From the IMG/VR virus record IMGVR_UViG_3300015607_002766: 64,000 bases of DNA, one strand, 5' to 3'. The position numbers and the translations under genes were made by a program. Source of the stretch: an uncultured virus (IMG/VR IMGVR_UViG_3300015607_002766) (taxonomy: Duplodnaviria > Heunggongvirae > Uroviricota > Caudoviricetes). Below the pieces are notes generated by a model. It saw only the letters and a program-made list of their open reading frames with translations. It was not told the DNA's origin and ran no database searches. Below, piece by piece: positions 20,063 through 30,338 of this stretch (the stretch's first letter is position 1; each line of letters begins with the position of its first letter).

Positions 20063-20245
20063 TTATAATTCAGACTTCTTGAAACCTAACTTTTCAAATA
20101 ACCATTTAGAGGGGCAAAATTTAGTCCAAACTCCTACTTGTAGCATAGTTGCAACAAATAAAATAATGTTCCAATTATCTAATGCAAATCCTGTTAAAAG
20201 TACCAAGGACATTAAAAGATATACAGCTCTTACAGATGTGATGTT
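20063..20245 (-). pseudogene. small membrane protein (DUF2892-like) lacking its start codon
   Basis: NITSVRAVYLLMSLVLLTGFALDNWNIILFVATMLQVGVWTKFCPSKWLFEKLGFKKSEL*; in-frame stop and no ATG just upstream of the junction at ~20246. Confidence 0.55.
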
Positions 20246-20529
20246 GAATATTCTTTATCTCCTGACCAAATTTTTAATTCGAGTAATTTATCTGTTATGG
20301 AATTATAAATATTATTGGTTATAGGGGCGAACTTATCAGTTATTTCTTTTTGAATTTCCTCATATTGTTGCTTGTCTTTATAGTTGTTTAGAGGTGATAA
20401 CTCATTTCTTTGTTCATCAAGACTTTTTAATTCTTCGCATAGCGGAAGGTAATCTTTTATTAATATTTCTTTTTTCTCATAAAGAAAGTCTATGAATTTA
20501 AAAAGGTTTTCTATTCTATTGGGTATCAT
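20230..20529 (-). CDS. bacterial-type hypothetical protein, C-terminally truncated at the junction
   Basis: The ORF's last codons run into the previous gene fragment. Confidence 0.5.
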   Translation of the reverse strand: MIPNRIENLFKFIDFLYEKKEILIKDYLPLCEELKSLDEQRNELSPLNNYKDKQQYEEIQKEITDKFAPITNNIYNSITDKLLELKIWSGDKEYSTSHL

Positions 20530-20842
20530 AGTAATTATCTTTTGTTTAACAAAGTTAAACTTTTATCTATTTCCTTTTGCTCGATTATGTGTTTTACAAA
20601 GCATTTGACAGTTCTTATATCTGTTTCTCTGCCGTTGCTCCAAGCAGTACGTGGTCAGTATCCATATCTTTTTTTATTATTTATCCCGTCTGCCTTGTTG
20701 CTAACGGCAGTCCGTCTAAAAATCTAGCAGCAATACGAGTATTTAATTTTGCGATTGAAAATTTATTTTGAAAAATAGATAGGCTGTTTTTGGCTTTAAA
20801 TGAGATGTATTATGACAAAAATAATGGTATTGGCAGCCGCAA

Positions 20843-21180
20843 GTTATGGTGTTGATATTACGCAATGTAGCATTTGTAAGGTGGGTAAATTGGTGCTTGT
20901 AGCTACATATATGAACATAGCCAAAGAAGGTATTCATTTGGTAAATGCCAATGAGCTGCACAGTCGTGGTTCGCCCCGCAAAATACCGATAGCCGTATGA
21001 CAAACACTCAACACATATCAAAGCAAAAGAAGACTCCAAACTTTTGAGTAGGGGAGCTATGCTAAGAGGTATTAGAAAGCTATCCTACGGACTGAACAAC
21101 GAATAGCAAAAAGCCCTGAGACCTACGCTCAGGGCTTTCGCTTCCTCAGGACTTTCTTCTATTCGTCATAATGTTAGCAG
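20843..21180 (+). mobile_element. remnant of IS91-family transposase C-terminus and its downstream end
   Basis: GVDITQCSICKVGKL...RGSP resembles the C-terminus of Bacteroidetes IS91-type transposases; followed by GC-rich hairpin aaagccctgag...ctcagggcttt. Confidence 0.5.
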
Positions 21181-21186
21181 AAGTGT

Positions 21187-21597
21187 TTATTTATCTGGCT
21201 TGTATGTCCAATTTCTTTTTACAGCGTAATCCCTTAATTTACCTGCTTTTTTAGTTTTTTGATTTTTACTAGTTACTTTACTAAAATCAATGTGAGAATG
21301 TCCTTCAAAAGGGAAATTGTCATCATTTGTGGTTAAAGGATCAATAGAAAGCACTTCTTCTTCGGTTAAAGATAAAACACCATATGAAGTATAGTTAGTT
21401 GTGAAATGTTCATATGCTTCCTTTGCAGAAAATATGTTACTATTATATACTGATAATTTATCGTCGTCTTTTTTGGTTGGATTGAACGCACCAGAAGATA
21501 CAGTAAGGGAATTTTCAGTAAAGGCTTGACTAGAGACAATATCATTGACAACAAATGACGGATTTATTTGTCTTTGTAATAACTTTTTATTTTCCAT
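21187..21597 (-). CDS. bacterial-type hypothetical protein
   Basis: 136-aa ORF coupled to 21597..22244. Confidence 0.7.
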   Translation of the reverse strand: MENKKLLQRQINPSFVVNDIVSSQAFTENSLTVSSGAFNPTKKDDDKLSVYNSNIFSAKEAYEHFTTNYTSYGVLSLTEEEVLSIDPLTTNDDNFPFEGHSHIDFSKVTSKNQKTKKAGKLRDYAVKRNWTYKPDK

Positions 21598-22244
21598 TAA
21601 ACAATCGATTTTATTAAATTATTTAATTGAATCCACCCTTTATTTTCGCTTAATTCGATTGTTTCTTCCTTTTCATCAGAGTCATCAATGTCATTGTAAT
21701 AAAAATATTCAGACATCAAGGTATCTAAATTAATTTCGATTACAACATTTTTATTTTCATTTTTCCATTCCAATTGTATATTTCCATCTACTTTTGGGAA
21801 TATAGCAGGGAGTGGTAGTTTATTTTCGAAATATGAGTTGAATAAATTTTCAAAACTATTTAATCCTTTCTTATTTAAAGCTTTACCATGACCTTCATAC
21901 CAATTGTCTTCTAATTTTGAAAGGTTATTTATGCGTAGGGATACATCTAATGGATCTAATATATCCAAAGATTCTATTTCTGTAATTTCTTGAATTTTGT
22001 CGTTCCAATTATATTGCGCAGTACCTTTTATTGCTACATAAGTTTTATTTACATATTCATTAAATGCAATAAATACAGAATCTTTAATTGTTTCTGTCAA
22101 AGGACATTTAATGTTACCAAATTCTGTTTCGATTTGAAATGTATTGTTTTTCTGATCTATTTCAGGAATTAAGGCAAATAATTTAATGCTATCAGCGTAT
22201 TCTGTCTTTTGCTCACTAGATAATAAGATTTTTTTTCTAGTCAT
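21597..22244 (-). CDS. bacterial-type hypothetical protein (N-terminus possibly chimeric)
   Basis: 215-aa ORF with LEDNWYEG...PAIFPKVDGNIQLEW. Confidence 0.65.
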   Translation of the reverse strand: MTRKKILLSSEQKTEYADSIKLFALIPEIDQKNNTFQIETEFGNIKCPLTETIKDSVFIAFNEYVNKTYVAIKGTAQYNWNDKIQEITEIESLDILDPLDVSLRINNLSKLEDNWYEGHGKALNKKGLNSFENLFNSYFENKLPLPAIFPKVDGNIQLEWKNENKNVVIEINLDTLMSEYFYYNDIDDSDEKEETIELSENKGWIQLNNLIKSIV

Positions 22245-22249
22245 AGTGA

Positions 22250-22921
22250 TTAATTATTTTTTAACGGTATCTCTGGATCAATACCATAGTGATCATTTAA
22301 ATACTTTTTAAGTTCATTCTCGATATAGTGTTCAGGAACTTCTTCATCTGGGTTCATTAGACTCATCTTTTCAGATAAGAACAGTGAGAATCTCTGAAGA
22401 ACTTCTGGCTTTATAGCATCTACTATTCTATCAGAAACAACGAATGCCCTTGTGAATCTATCTTTAGGTGAAGTTAAATCACCTTCAGCAACTCTCATTG
22501 TCGCATCAATAACTTTTTTAAGAAAAGATGGATAATCGTGACCAGGTTCTGCTAAAATAGGGGCAATAACTTTATTAAATGCCCTTGATGAACCAAGTAC
22601 ATAACCAACTATAGCAATAATTGGAAAGAAAGGAGCAAGTGCCATTGGTAATATTCTATGTACTGCTTTTATAACACCTACTTTAATATCAGTTCTTCTC
22701 TTGGCATCTCTCGCATCTTTAAATAATGCATTTAACATACCAAACGTAAAGCTTTTTCCATTTTGATTTAGATATTCTGCTAAATGCCCTCTATGTGCAT
22801 AATATAAATGTCTATTTATCTCATCTTGGTCAGTTACACCAAGACGCTTTAACTCAGCAATAATATTATCATCAAACTTCTCTAAAATTAGAAAATCATT
22901 GTAATTCTTAATTTTACCCAT
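22250..22921 (-). CDS. hypothetical protein with MGKIKNYNDFLILE N-terminus
   Basis: Start reassigned to ATG 22921; hydrophobic central segment. Confidence 0.7.
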   Translation of the reverse strand: MGKIKNYNDFLILEKFDDNIIAELKRLGVTDQDEINRHLYYAHRGHLAEYLNQNGKSFTFGMLNALFKDARDAKRRTDIKVGVIKAVHRILPMALAPFFPIIAIVGYVLGSSRAFNKVIAPILAEPGHDYPSFLKKVIDATMRVAEGDLTSPKDRFTRAFVVSDRIVDAIKPEVLQRFSLFLSEKMSLMNPDEEVPEHYIENELKKYLNDHYGIDPEIPLKNN

Positions 22922-22958
22922 TCTTAAACAAAAGAAACTTTTTACTATATATAAAAAT

Positions 22959-24302
22959 ATGATGACAGAAAAAAGCATATCAGATTTCCTATCTAACGAA
23001 TATAAAGAGTTCGCTATGTACTCTATTGAGGGTAGAGCTATACCTTCTGTTATTGACGGTTTTAAACCTACTCAAAGAAAAATTATTCATATTTCAAATC
23101 AAATTTGGAAAACAGGTAATGAAAAAACTAAGAAGGTTTTCCAGTTAGCTGGTGTTGTTGCTGACCAGGCTTATTACCATCACGGTAATGCCTCTCTTGA
23201 AAATGCTATTATCACAATGGCTCAACGTTTTAAGAACAATGCTCCTCTTTTAGAAGAGGATGGTCAATTTGGCTCTTTGAGGTCACCACAAGCCGGAGCA
23301 CCTCGTTATATTGGTACTAAACTATCTGAAAACTTCGCTTTAATTTATAAAGACTTTGAATTACTAGACTATAAAGAAGAAGAAGGTGAAAAAATTGAGC
23401 CTAGATTTTTCTTACCAATTATACCAACTGTTTTATTAAATGGTTCTTCTGGTATTGCGGTTGGTTTTGCTTCTAACATTCTAAATAGAGATGTTAAAGA
23501 TTTAATTGATGCTTGTGTAAAAGTTCTTAGTGGTAAAAATCCAGGTGAAGTGAAACCATCATTAAATGGCTTTACAGGTGAATTTATTCAAGATAAAGAT
23601 AATAATAAAAGATGGGTTATTCGTGGTAAGTTTGTAAGAGCTAATACATCAACAGTTAAGATAAGTGAGCTACCTCCATCAATGACATACGAAAAGTATG
23701 AAGAGCTTTTAGATAAATTAGTAGAAGATAAATCAATTGTTTCTTATGATGACAACTGTAAAGATAATATTGATTATACAATTAAATTTACTAGAGCTGA
23801 CTTAGACAAATTAGATGATGAGAAGTTAATTAAGTTACTAAAGCTGGAAGAAGCATCTACCGAAATATACTCAACACTTGATGAAAGTGGTAAATTAAAA
23901 ATATTTGATTACACAACTGATATTATTAAATACTTTGTTGAATTTAGATTAAGTTATTATCATAAAAGAAAACAATTCCTTTTAGATAAAATGAATAGAG
24001 AGTTAAAGATACTTTCTAATCGAGGTAGATTCATTAAAGCAATAATAGATGGAAAATTGAAAGTTAATAATGTTGCCAAAGCTCAAATTGTTGAAGGAAT
24101 TGAAGCAATGGGTCTTGATAAGATTGATGATTCTTATGACTACCTATTAAGAATGCCTATCTACTCTTTGACAAAAGAGATGTATGAGAAACTAAAAGAA
24201 GATTTTAAATTAAAAAAAGAAGAGATTGCTAAATTAGAAGCAACTGATCCTAAAGATATGTACTTATTGGATTTAACTGAATTAAAAAAGAAATTTAAGT
24301 AA
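22959..24302 (+). CDS. type II DNA topoisomerase, breakage-reunion subunit (T4 gp52-like)
   Basis: RAIPSVIDGFKPTQRK, YHHG, GQFGS, APRYI catalytic Tyr, NGSSGIAVGFA. Confidence 0.95.
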   Translation: MMTEKSISDFLSNEYKEFAMYSIEGRAIPSVIDGFKPTQRKIIHISNQIWKTGNEKTKKVFQLAGVVADQAYYHHGNASLENAIITMAQRFKNNAPLLEEDGQFGSLRSPQAGAPRYIGTKLSENFALIYKDFELLDYKEEEGEKIEPRFFLPIIPTVLLNGSSGIAVGFASNILNRDVKDLIDACVKVLSGKNPGEVKPSLNGFTGEFIQDKDNNKRWVIRGKFVRANTSTVKISELPPSMTYEKYEELLDKLVEDKSIVSYDDNCKDNIDYTIKFTRADLDKLDDEKLIKLLKLEEASTEIYSTLDESGKLKIFDYTTDIIKYFVEFRLSYYHKRKQFLLDKMNRELKILSNRGRFIKAIIDGKLKVNNVAKAQIVEGIEAMGLDKIDDSYDYLLRMPIYSLTKEMYEKLKEDFKLKKEEIAKLEATDPKDMYLLDLTELKKKFK

Positions 24303-24683
24303 GTGAATGATGATAGGAATCATTTTATAATTAAAAATCAAATAGTTAAACTTGATGATGTTATTGAAGTCAAAGAAGGCTTTTTTGAATCACAATCAAA
24401 AACTATTGCTGGTAAATACAAACTTCAATTAGTTAATCTAAAAGATATAGATGTTTTTATTAAAGGTATTGCAAAACGAGAATTCTTTCATTGGGAAGAT
24501 GGTGCTCATTTAGATTTAATTAAAAAACATTTTCAAAAAACACCACCGGTTATTCTTGAAGAATTTAACGGTAAATATTATTCAGTTGATGGTCATCATC
24601 GAATAACAGTTGCCAATGAATTAGGTCTAAACAATATACTATCATTTGTTATAAAAGTAAATAAACTAACCTATACAAGATGA
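24303..24683 (+). CDS. ParB/Srx-like domain protein
   Basis: PPVIL...YSVDGHHRITVA. Confidence 0.7.
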   Translation: MNDDRNHFIIKNQIVKLDDVIEVKEGFFESQSKTIAGKYKLQLVNLKDIDVFIKGIAKREFFHWEDGAHLDLIKKHFQKTPPVILEEFNGKYYSVDGHHRITVANELGLNNILSFVIKVNKLTYTR

Positions 24684-25033
24684 ATCAGAGAATGATAAAC
24701 CTCTCGCCTTATAAAGAGATATCAATTACTTATAGAACTATACACCATACTTTAGTAAATGAAGCCACTATTATAATTGAAGATGGTGATGAATACTATG
24801 TAATCCAAGATGATCGAGAAAAGATTGAGGATGTTTCTCAGATGCCTAATTATATTAAAGAAGATTGGATAAAGTATAATAAAAAAGAACTAACTAATCA
24901 AATATTAGATTGGCATATTTTAAAATACACAGATGACTATGAGGCGCAGTGGCCCAGAGATAAAGAAGTCGAGGAAGTATTAAATTTACTAAAGTCTATA
25001 AAAAGACATCAAATAATTAAAAAGATAATATAA
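24680..25033 (+). CDS. hypothetical protein with C-terminal tag (KRHQIIKKII)
   Basis: 117-aa ORF. Confidence 0.65.
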   Translation: MNQRMINLSPYKEISITYRTIHHTLVNEATIIIEDGDEYYVIQDDREKIEDVSQMPNYIKEDWIKYNKKELTNQILDWHILKYTDDYEAQWPRDKEVEEVLNLLKSIKRHQIIKKII

Positions 25034-25052
25034 TTTTTACTATATTTGTAAA

Positions 25053-25220
25053 ATGAAACATCTAAAACCTCGCAAAGAAGATCCATTAAAAGACTTTGTA
25101 CCAGTTGGTAAGAAAGACTGTCAAGGTGTTTGCGATCGTGAGGTTGTTATGACAAAAGATGGTCCAGTAATTATTTGTCACGGATGTATGAGAATTGTAA
25201 TGGATAATCGTAAAAAATAA
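25053..25220 (+). CDS. small Cys-rich protein (55 aa; not in ORF track)
   Basis: MKHLKPRKEDP...CQGVC...CHGC...; directly after TATATTTG; stop overlaps the rhomboid ATG. Confidence 0.65.
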   Translation: MKHLKPRKEDPLKDFVPVGKKDCQGVCDREVVMTKDGPVIICHGCMRIVMDNRKK

Positions 25221-25777
25221 TGGAACTTACTAAAACAGTAAAAAGCTTACTACTTGTTAATATTGCTTTATTTCTTTTAACCTATTTATTCAGTATAACA
25301 CAAATTCCATTTATTAGAGAGTTTGTTTTATACTCAATAAAATCTGAAGAGTTCCAAGTTCATCAGTTATTAACATATATGTTTTTACATAGTTCAATTA
25401 CTCATATTGTTTTTAACATGATAGGATTGGCAGTGTTTGGTCCAGAAGTAGAAAGACGTTTTGGCAGTACTAAATTTCTAAAAATATATCTATTATCCGG
25501 TGCAGTAGCTGGTTTATTTCATATTTTATTTATTGATAATCCAGTTGTTGGTGCCTCTGGTGCTGTTTGGAGTTTAATGGTTATATACGCCTTATTTAAT
25601 CCTGAACATATATTTCATATCTATTTTTTCATTCCTGCCAAGATAAAATATATTGTTAGTGTATTTTTCATAATTGAGTTGTATTTAGCATTCGTTGGAA
25701 ACGATGGGGTTAGTCATATAGCTCATATAGGAGGAGCTATAACCGGGTTTATGATATACACGTTCGGTAGAAAGTAG
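25220..25777 (+). CDS. rhomboid intramembrane serine protease
   Basis: YMFLH..HIVFNM, VGASGA, SHIAHIGG. Confidence 0.92.
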   Translation: MELTKTVKSLLLVNIALFLLTYLFSITQIPFIREFVLYSIKSEEFQVHQLLTYMFLHSSITHIVFNMIGLAVFGPEVERRFGSTKFLKIYLLSGAVAGLFHILFIDNPVVGASGAVWSLMVIYALFNPEHIFHIYFFIPAKIKYIVSVFFIIELYLAFVGNDGVSHIAHIGGAITGFMIYTFGRK

Positions 25778-25943
25778 TATTTGATAATTGATTTTAAGTA
25801 AATGCTCATTTATTAAATAGAGATTTATTTAACTTGATATATAATATAATATGTTATCTGGGCTAATATTCTAACACATTGGTTGTTAGTCACCCAATTT
25901 AAGATAACTTGAATTGTTTTTATTAAAAATTTATTTATTGCTT

Positions 25944-28181
25944 ATGAGAAAGTTGGTAATTATACTATTCTCTGTGATTAACCTTATTGCATTTTCACAG
26001 AATTGTCCTTATTTAGGACCAAACCAAATTCTACCTTGTGGTGTTAATACAACAACATTAACTGCTGATTTAACACAATGCGGTCCTGGTGGCTCAAACC
26101 CAAACCAAACAACTAATTATGGAGTTACTAATATTCCATATTCACCAGATTCATACACATCTGGAACACAAATAAATACTTTCTATTCTCAACTTGGTGG
26201 TGTTAATAATGATGATGGTATAAGTAATGCCATACCTATACCATTCAACTTTTGTTTTTTTGGACAAACAGTAACTTCTTTCTATGTTTCTTCGAATAAT
26301 TGGGTTGGTTTTTCAGCCGGGCAAGCAAGTACTTGGATAACTACAACAATTCCAAATGTTGGTACAGGAACACCAAAAAATTGCATTATGGGTCCTTGGC
26401 AAGACATCAATCCTAGCATTGGTGGAACTGTAACTTGGGCAGTATATGGAACAGCTCCTTGTCGTAGATTAGTTATATCTTACTATAACGTTCCTATGTT
26501 TTCTTGCACTAACCAATTATACAGTAGTCAAATAAAGATATACGAAAGTACAAATGTTATAGAAACTCATATTCAGAATAAACCACTATGTGCAACTTGG
26601 AATTCAGGAAATGCTGTACATGGCTTACACAATTCTACTGGAACATTAGCTGTTGTTGTTGGTACTAGAAATAATAATCAATGGTCAACTTCAAATGAAG
26701 GAACAAGATTTACACCAAGTGGCCCAACTGTTACACCCATACTAACTTGGTATCAAGTTGGTAATCCAAACCCGATTGGAACAGGAACAACAATAACAGT
26801 TAGTCCAACGTCACCAACACAATATACTTGCCATTTTGTTTATCCAAGTTGTAATGCTGGTTGGGCATCTTGTAACTTAAATGGTAGTAACATAGGACCA
26901 GATACTGTATTAGTTGTGCCTGGGCCACCAAATCTACCTAGTCCAACAATAACATCTTTTAATCCAACCTGTGCTGGAAACTGCGATGGTATTATTAATT
27001 TAGTTCCAAATGGAGGTAATGGTATAACAACAATTTCTTGGAACGGACAACCAAATAACTTTACAATTAACAATCTATGTTCTGGCGTTTATAATTATAC
27101 AATAACTGATGCTGCTGGATGTAATATATCCGGATCTGTCACTTTAACTAATCCACCCATTCCTGTTATTGGCCCTATGGCATTTAATGATACGGTATGT
27201 TATAACTCAACAAGTGAGATTTACTCTGTACCTCAACAGCCTGGATATACATATCAATGGTCTTCGGTTGGTAATATAATTAGTGGTCAAGGAAGTAATA
27301 CTATTAATGTTGATTGGAGTTCAATAAGCAGTGGTTATATACCAGGTGCTGTTATGGTGACTGGTTATGATGCTAATAACTGTTTTAGCACACCAATTTC
27401 TATTGACTTGGATATTTTTAATGTTTTACCAGTAATTACACCAGTTGGCCCATTTTGCTCATATGATGAATTTACAACACTTCAAGCGACTCCTGTTGGT
27501 GGTGTATTTAGTGGATTAGGTGTTGTTGATCCTAATTTTTATCCATCTAATGCTATTGGTAGCAATACAATAACTTATACTTATACACAAAGTAATTGTA
27601 TTTTTGATACAACAACATCTATTATAGTTTATCCACAACCAACGATTGACTCAATAACACCTTATAATCCTTTCTATGAAATATGTGAAGGTGATTCAGT
27701 TGTTACACTATTTAGTGTTACTTCAAATCTACCAGGATATAACGAATGGACTTTTTCAAATATAATTTATCAACAAGATAATATTTCAATTCCATTTAGT
27801 ACAGTTGGGATGTTTCCTTTATCTGTAATTCACTACTCAAATGGTTGCGCATCTCCTGAACAACAAACTGTTATAACAGTTGCTCGTTGCCCTGAACTTT
27901 TATTTTATGTTCCTAATTCATTCACACCAAATGGTGATGAATTTAATAATACTTGGACACCTATATTTACATCTGGTTATGATGAATACAATTACAAACT
28001 ATCCATATTTAATAGATGGGGTGAAGTTATTTTTGAATCTAATTCTCCAAATGTTGGTTGGGATGGTACTTATGATAATACTATGTGTCCTCAAGGTATT
28101 TATATTTGGAAAGTCACATATGATATAAAATATAATGCTGGTAGAAAAGAAATAACTGGTAATGTAAATCTTATAAGATAG
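25944..28181 (+). CDS. secreted beta-rich protein with T9SS type-B (gliding-motility-associated) C-terminal sorting domain
   Basis: Signal peptide MRKLVIILFS...AFSQ; SprB-like repeat; C-terminal YVPNSFTPNGDEFN...IFNRWGE...WDG...GIYIW...GNVNLIR. Confidence 0.88.
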   Translation: MRKLVIILFSVINLIAFSQNCPYLGPNQILPCGVNTTTLTADLTQCGPGGSNPNQTTNYGVTNIPYSPDSYTSGTQINTFYSQLGGVNNDDGISNAIPIPFNFCFFGQTVTSFYVSSNNWVGFSAGQASTWITTTIPNVGTGTPKNCIMGPWQDINPSIGGTVTWAVYGTAPCRRLVISYYNVPMFSCTNQLYSSQIKIYESTNVIETHIQNKPLCATWNSGNAVHGLHNSTGTLAVVVGTRNNNQWSTSNEGTRFTPSGPTVTPILTWYQVGNPNPIGTGTTITVSPTSPTQYTCHFVYPSCNAGWASCNLNGSNIGPDTVLVVPGPPNLPSPTITSFNPTCAGNCDGIINLVPNGGNGITTISWNGQPNNFTINNLCSGVYNYTITDAAGCNISGSVTLTNPPIPVIGPMAFNDTVCYNSTSEIYSVPQQPGYTYQWSSVGNIISGQGSNTINVDWSSISSGYIPGAVMVTGYDANNCFSTPISIDLDIFNVLPVITPVGPFCSYDEFTTLQATPVGGVFSGLGVVDPNFYPSNAIGSNTITYTYTQSNCIFDTTTSIIVYPQPTIDSITPYNPFYEICEGDSVVTLFSVTSNLPGYNEWTFSNIIYQQDNISIPFSTVGMFPLSVIHYSNGCASPEQQTVITVARCPELLFYVPNSFTPNGDEFNNTWTPIFTSGYDEYNYKLSIFNRWGEVIFESNSPNVGWDGTYDNTMCPQGIYIWKVTYDIKYNAGRKEITGNVNLIR

Positions 28182-28217
28182 TTTTTAATATTTAATTTTT
28201 ATTCCTATATTTGTAAA

Positions 28218-28586
28218 ATGAAAAAAGAAAGTATAGTTAATATGATAGACAAGAGGATAATTTCCTCCATGGCTGAAGGTCATGCTATACGATCTATCCA
28301 AAATGACTTAGATGAGAAAATGCATAAGTTTGCCGGTAATATAAGAGAGAATAATAAAAACATTGACCTCTTAAAGTTGCTTGCGATGAATGAGGAAAAT
28401 ATTACCCCAACTAAAGTAAGATATCAAATAATCTACATAAAGGAATGTCAGCGAAGAATTAAAGACTTAGATTGGTTAGTAGAAAATAAATATAAATTTC
28501 CGAAACTGAGTAATTCTCAAGTTTTTAATTTGATTAAATTAAAAGAGAAACTTTCTTTTGAAAATGCTGTATTGATGCCGTTTTAA
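28218..28586 (+). CDS. hypothetical protein
   Basis: ORF after TATATTTG. Confidence 0.65.
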   Translation: MKKESIVNMIDKRIISSMAEGHAIRSIQNDLDEKMHKFAGNIRENNKNIDLLKLLAMNEENITPTKVRYQIIYIKECQRRIKDLDWLVENKYKFPKLSNSQVFNLIKLKEKLSFENAVLMPF

Positions 28587-28622
28587 TTTGGCAAATTAAG
28601 GATTTATCCTTATATTTGTTAT

Positions 28623-28856
28623 ATGAAAATCACTACAGAAAATAAAGCAATCCTTTGGTCAATTCTTGAAAAATATGACGGTATTTCAGAATATTCAAAA
28701 TTCTGTGATGCCATCTCTAACCTTATTCAAGGTAAAGGAATTAATAGCGAGTTTTTAGTGGTTTATTCTACACTATATAAGCTTGATTTAGATGATAAGA
28801 AAAAAATCGATTCTACGATAGGTGCTGACATTGATGCTTGCTTGTTTTCAATTTAA
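28623..28856 (+). CDS. hypothetical protein
   Basis: ORF after tttg...tatatttg promoter. Confidence 0.65.
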   Translation: MKITTENKAILWSILEKYDGISEYSKFCDAISNLIQGKGINSEFLVVYSTLYKLDLDDKKKIDSTIGADIDACLFSI

Positions 28857-28927
28857 ACATGTAACATCATGATGCCTAATCAAAAATAAAATACTTGATT
28901 TCGTTTGATTTTTCGAGGCTGGATTAA

Positions 28928-29662
28928 TTATAGTTTAATCCAGTTTTTGAATTTTAAAATAGACTCTTGTAGAGTTTCAACGAAGTTAAACTCTTTTAAG
29001 AACTTAGAATAGTCTTCTTTATAACCAGATTTACTTTCATCATTTTTATCATTTGTATATTGATAATTAAATGATAACTGACTTGGAGTTTTGAAACCAA
29101 AGAAACTTAAAACTTGTTTTTCTAAATCAACAGCTTCTTCACCATTCCAGTTGTGACCAACTGCTATAATACCTGCTTCTTTGTCTTTTAATAAGTTAGA
29201 CTCACCTAAAGTTGTATGTCTGTTTTCTAACCAAGTTAATCTTTCAACTAACTGAGTATAAACAGCATTCATTTTACCCCAACGAATAGAACCAAAGAAT
29301 ATAACTACATCTGCTTCAAAAATAGCATTTGCTACTTTATACATTTCATCTGATGGATTATTTACAGATGCCCAACATCTAATATCGCCAGTTGGATTCT
29401 TTTTATCATCTTTAAGTTTAGCTTCTTTTAGACCACAAGTGTTTCCTCTTTTAGTTGAAACGTTACCTTCACAAGAATAAATCTTTAATTTAGAAACATT
29501 GATAACTTGACAATTATCTAATCTCTTTTGTAATTCATCAGCAATAATAGAAGATTTAGGGAGTTCTTTATCACCTTCCCAACGATTAGAAGTTGTTAAA
29601 AATACTATCTTAGCATCTTTCTTCTTTTTAAGATAATTGTAGAGTTTTTTTAAGTTATCCAT
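28928..29662 (-). CDS. NADPH-dependent FMN reductase / iron-sulfur flavoprotein-like
   Basis: TTSNR, IYSCEGNVS...C...CW...DEM, ADVVIFFGSIRWG. Confidence 0.8.
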   Translation of the reverse strand: MDNLKKLYNYLKKKKDAKIVFLTTSNRWEGDKELPKSSIIADELQKRLDNCQVINVSKLKIYSCEGNVSTKRGNTCGLKEAKLKDDKKNPTGDIRCWASVNNPSDEMYKVANAIFEADVVIFFGSIRWGKMNAVYTQLVERLTWLENRHTTLGESNLLKDKEAGIIAVGHNWNGEEAVDLEKQVLSFFGFKTPSQLSFNYQYTNDKNDESKSGYKEDYSKFLKEFNFVETLQESILKFKNWIKL

Positions 29663-29673
29663 TAAGGTATATA

Positions 29674-30300
29674 TTAAATTTTAACCTTACACAAATTGAT
29701 AAAGTTATCTAAAATAGTAAAAGTTTTATTAATATTTTCAGGATGAAAAAGAGTTCCAAATCTATTATCACCATTTGAAATACCAGCAATTTTACCATCT
29801 ATTTCAGAAATAACTTTGAAACCATTTGGCACCTCTAATGGAAAATCATGAAAACAAAAAGATACTTCAGTATTATCTAAATCAATGCCTTGGAACATAG
29901 GTTCAGACTTATCATAAAAATCTAAAATCACATTACCACAAACCTCATCTTCCGATCCTATTTCAGATCCATAATATTTAGCAATTGATTGGAATCCATA
30001 ACAGATTCCATAGATTGGGCAATTTAATAACTCAAGAGCTTTGAAACTTAATTCATTTGTCTCAATATCATTAACTCTAAAATCAGAACCAGTAGATATA
30101 GCACCAACAATATTATATTTATTTATAGCCTCTAATAACTCATCTACTGTTTCAACTATTTTATAATTAACATCAGTTGTATCTAAATACTTTAGAACAT
30201 TATTCAAATACTTGTGCTTTGGTGGTTTTGAATTATCAATCACCAAAAAGTGATCTTCTTTGTAAGTATTGAATTCGTTAAATAATATCAAATGTTTCAT
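29674..30300 (-). CDS. class I glutamine amidotransferase-like protein
   Basis: PIYGICYGFQ nucleophile Cys and FHPE; N-terminal MKHLILFNEF. Confidence 0.85.
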   Translation of the reverse strand: MKHLILFNEFNTYKEDHFLVIDNSKPPKHKYLNNVLKYLDTTDVNYKIVETVDELLEAINKYNIVGAISTGSDFRVNDIETNELSFKALELLNCPIYGICYGFQSIAKYYGSEIGSEDEVCGNVILDFYDKSEPMFQGIDLDNTEVSFCFHDFPLEVPNGFKVISEIDGKIAGISNGDNRFGTLFHPENINKTFTILDNFINLCKVKI

Positions 30301-30338
30301 AAAACTATATATAAAAAAATAGATTTAATATATACCTT

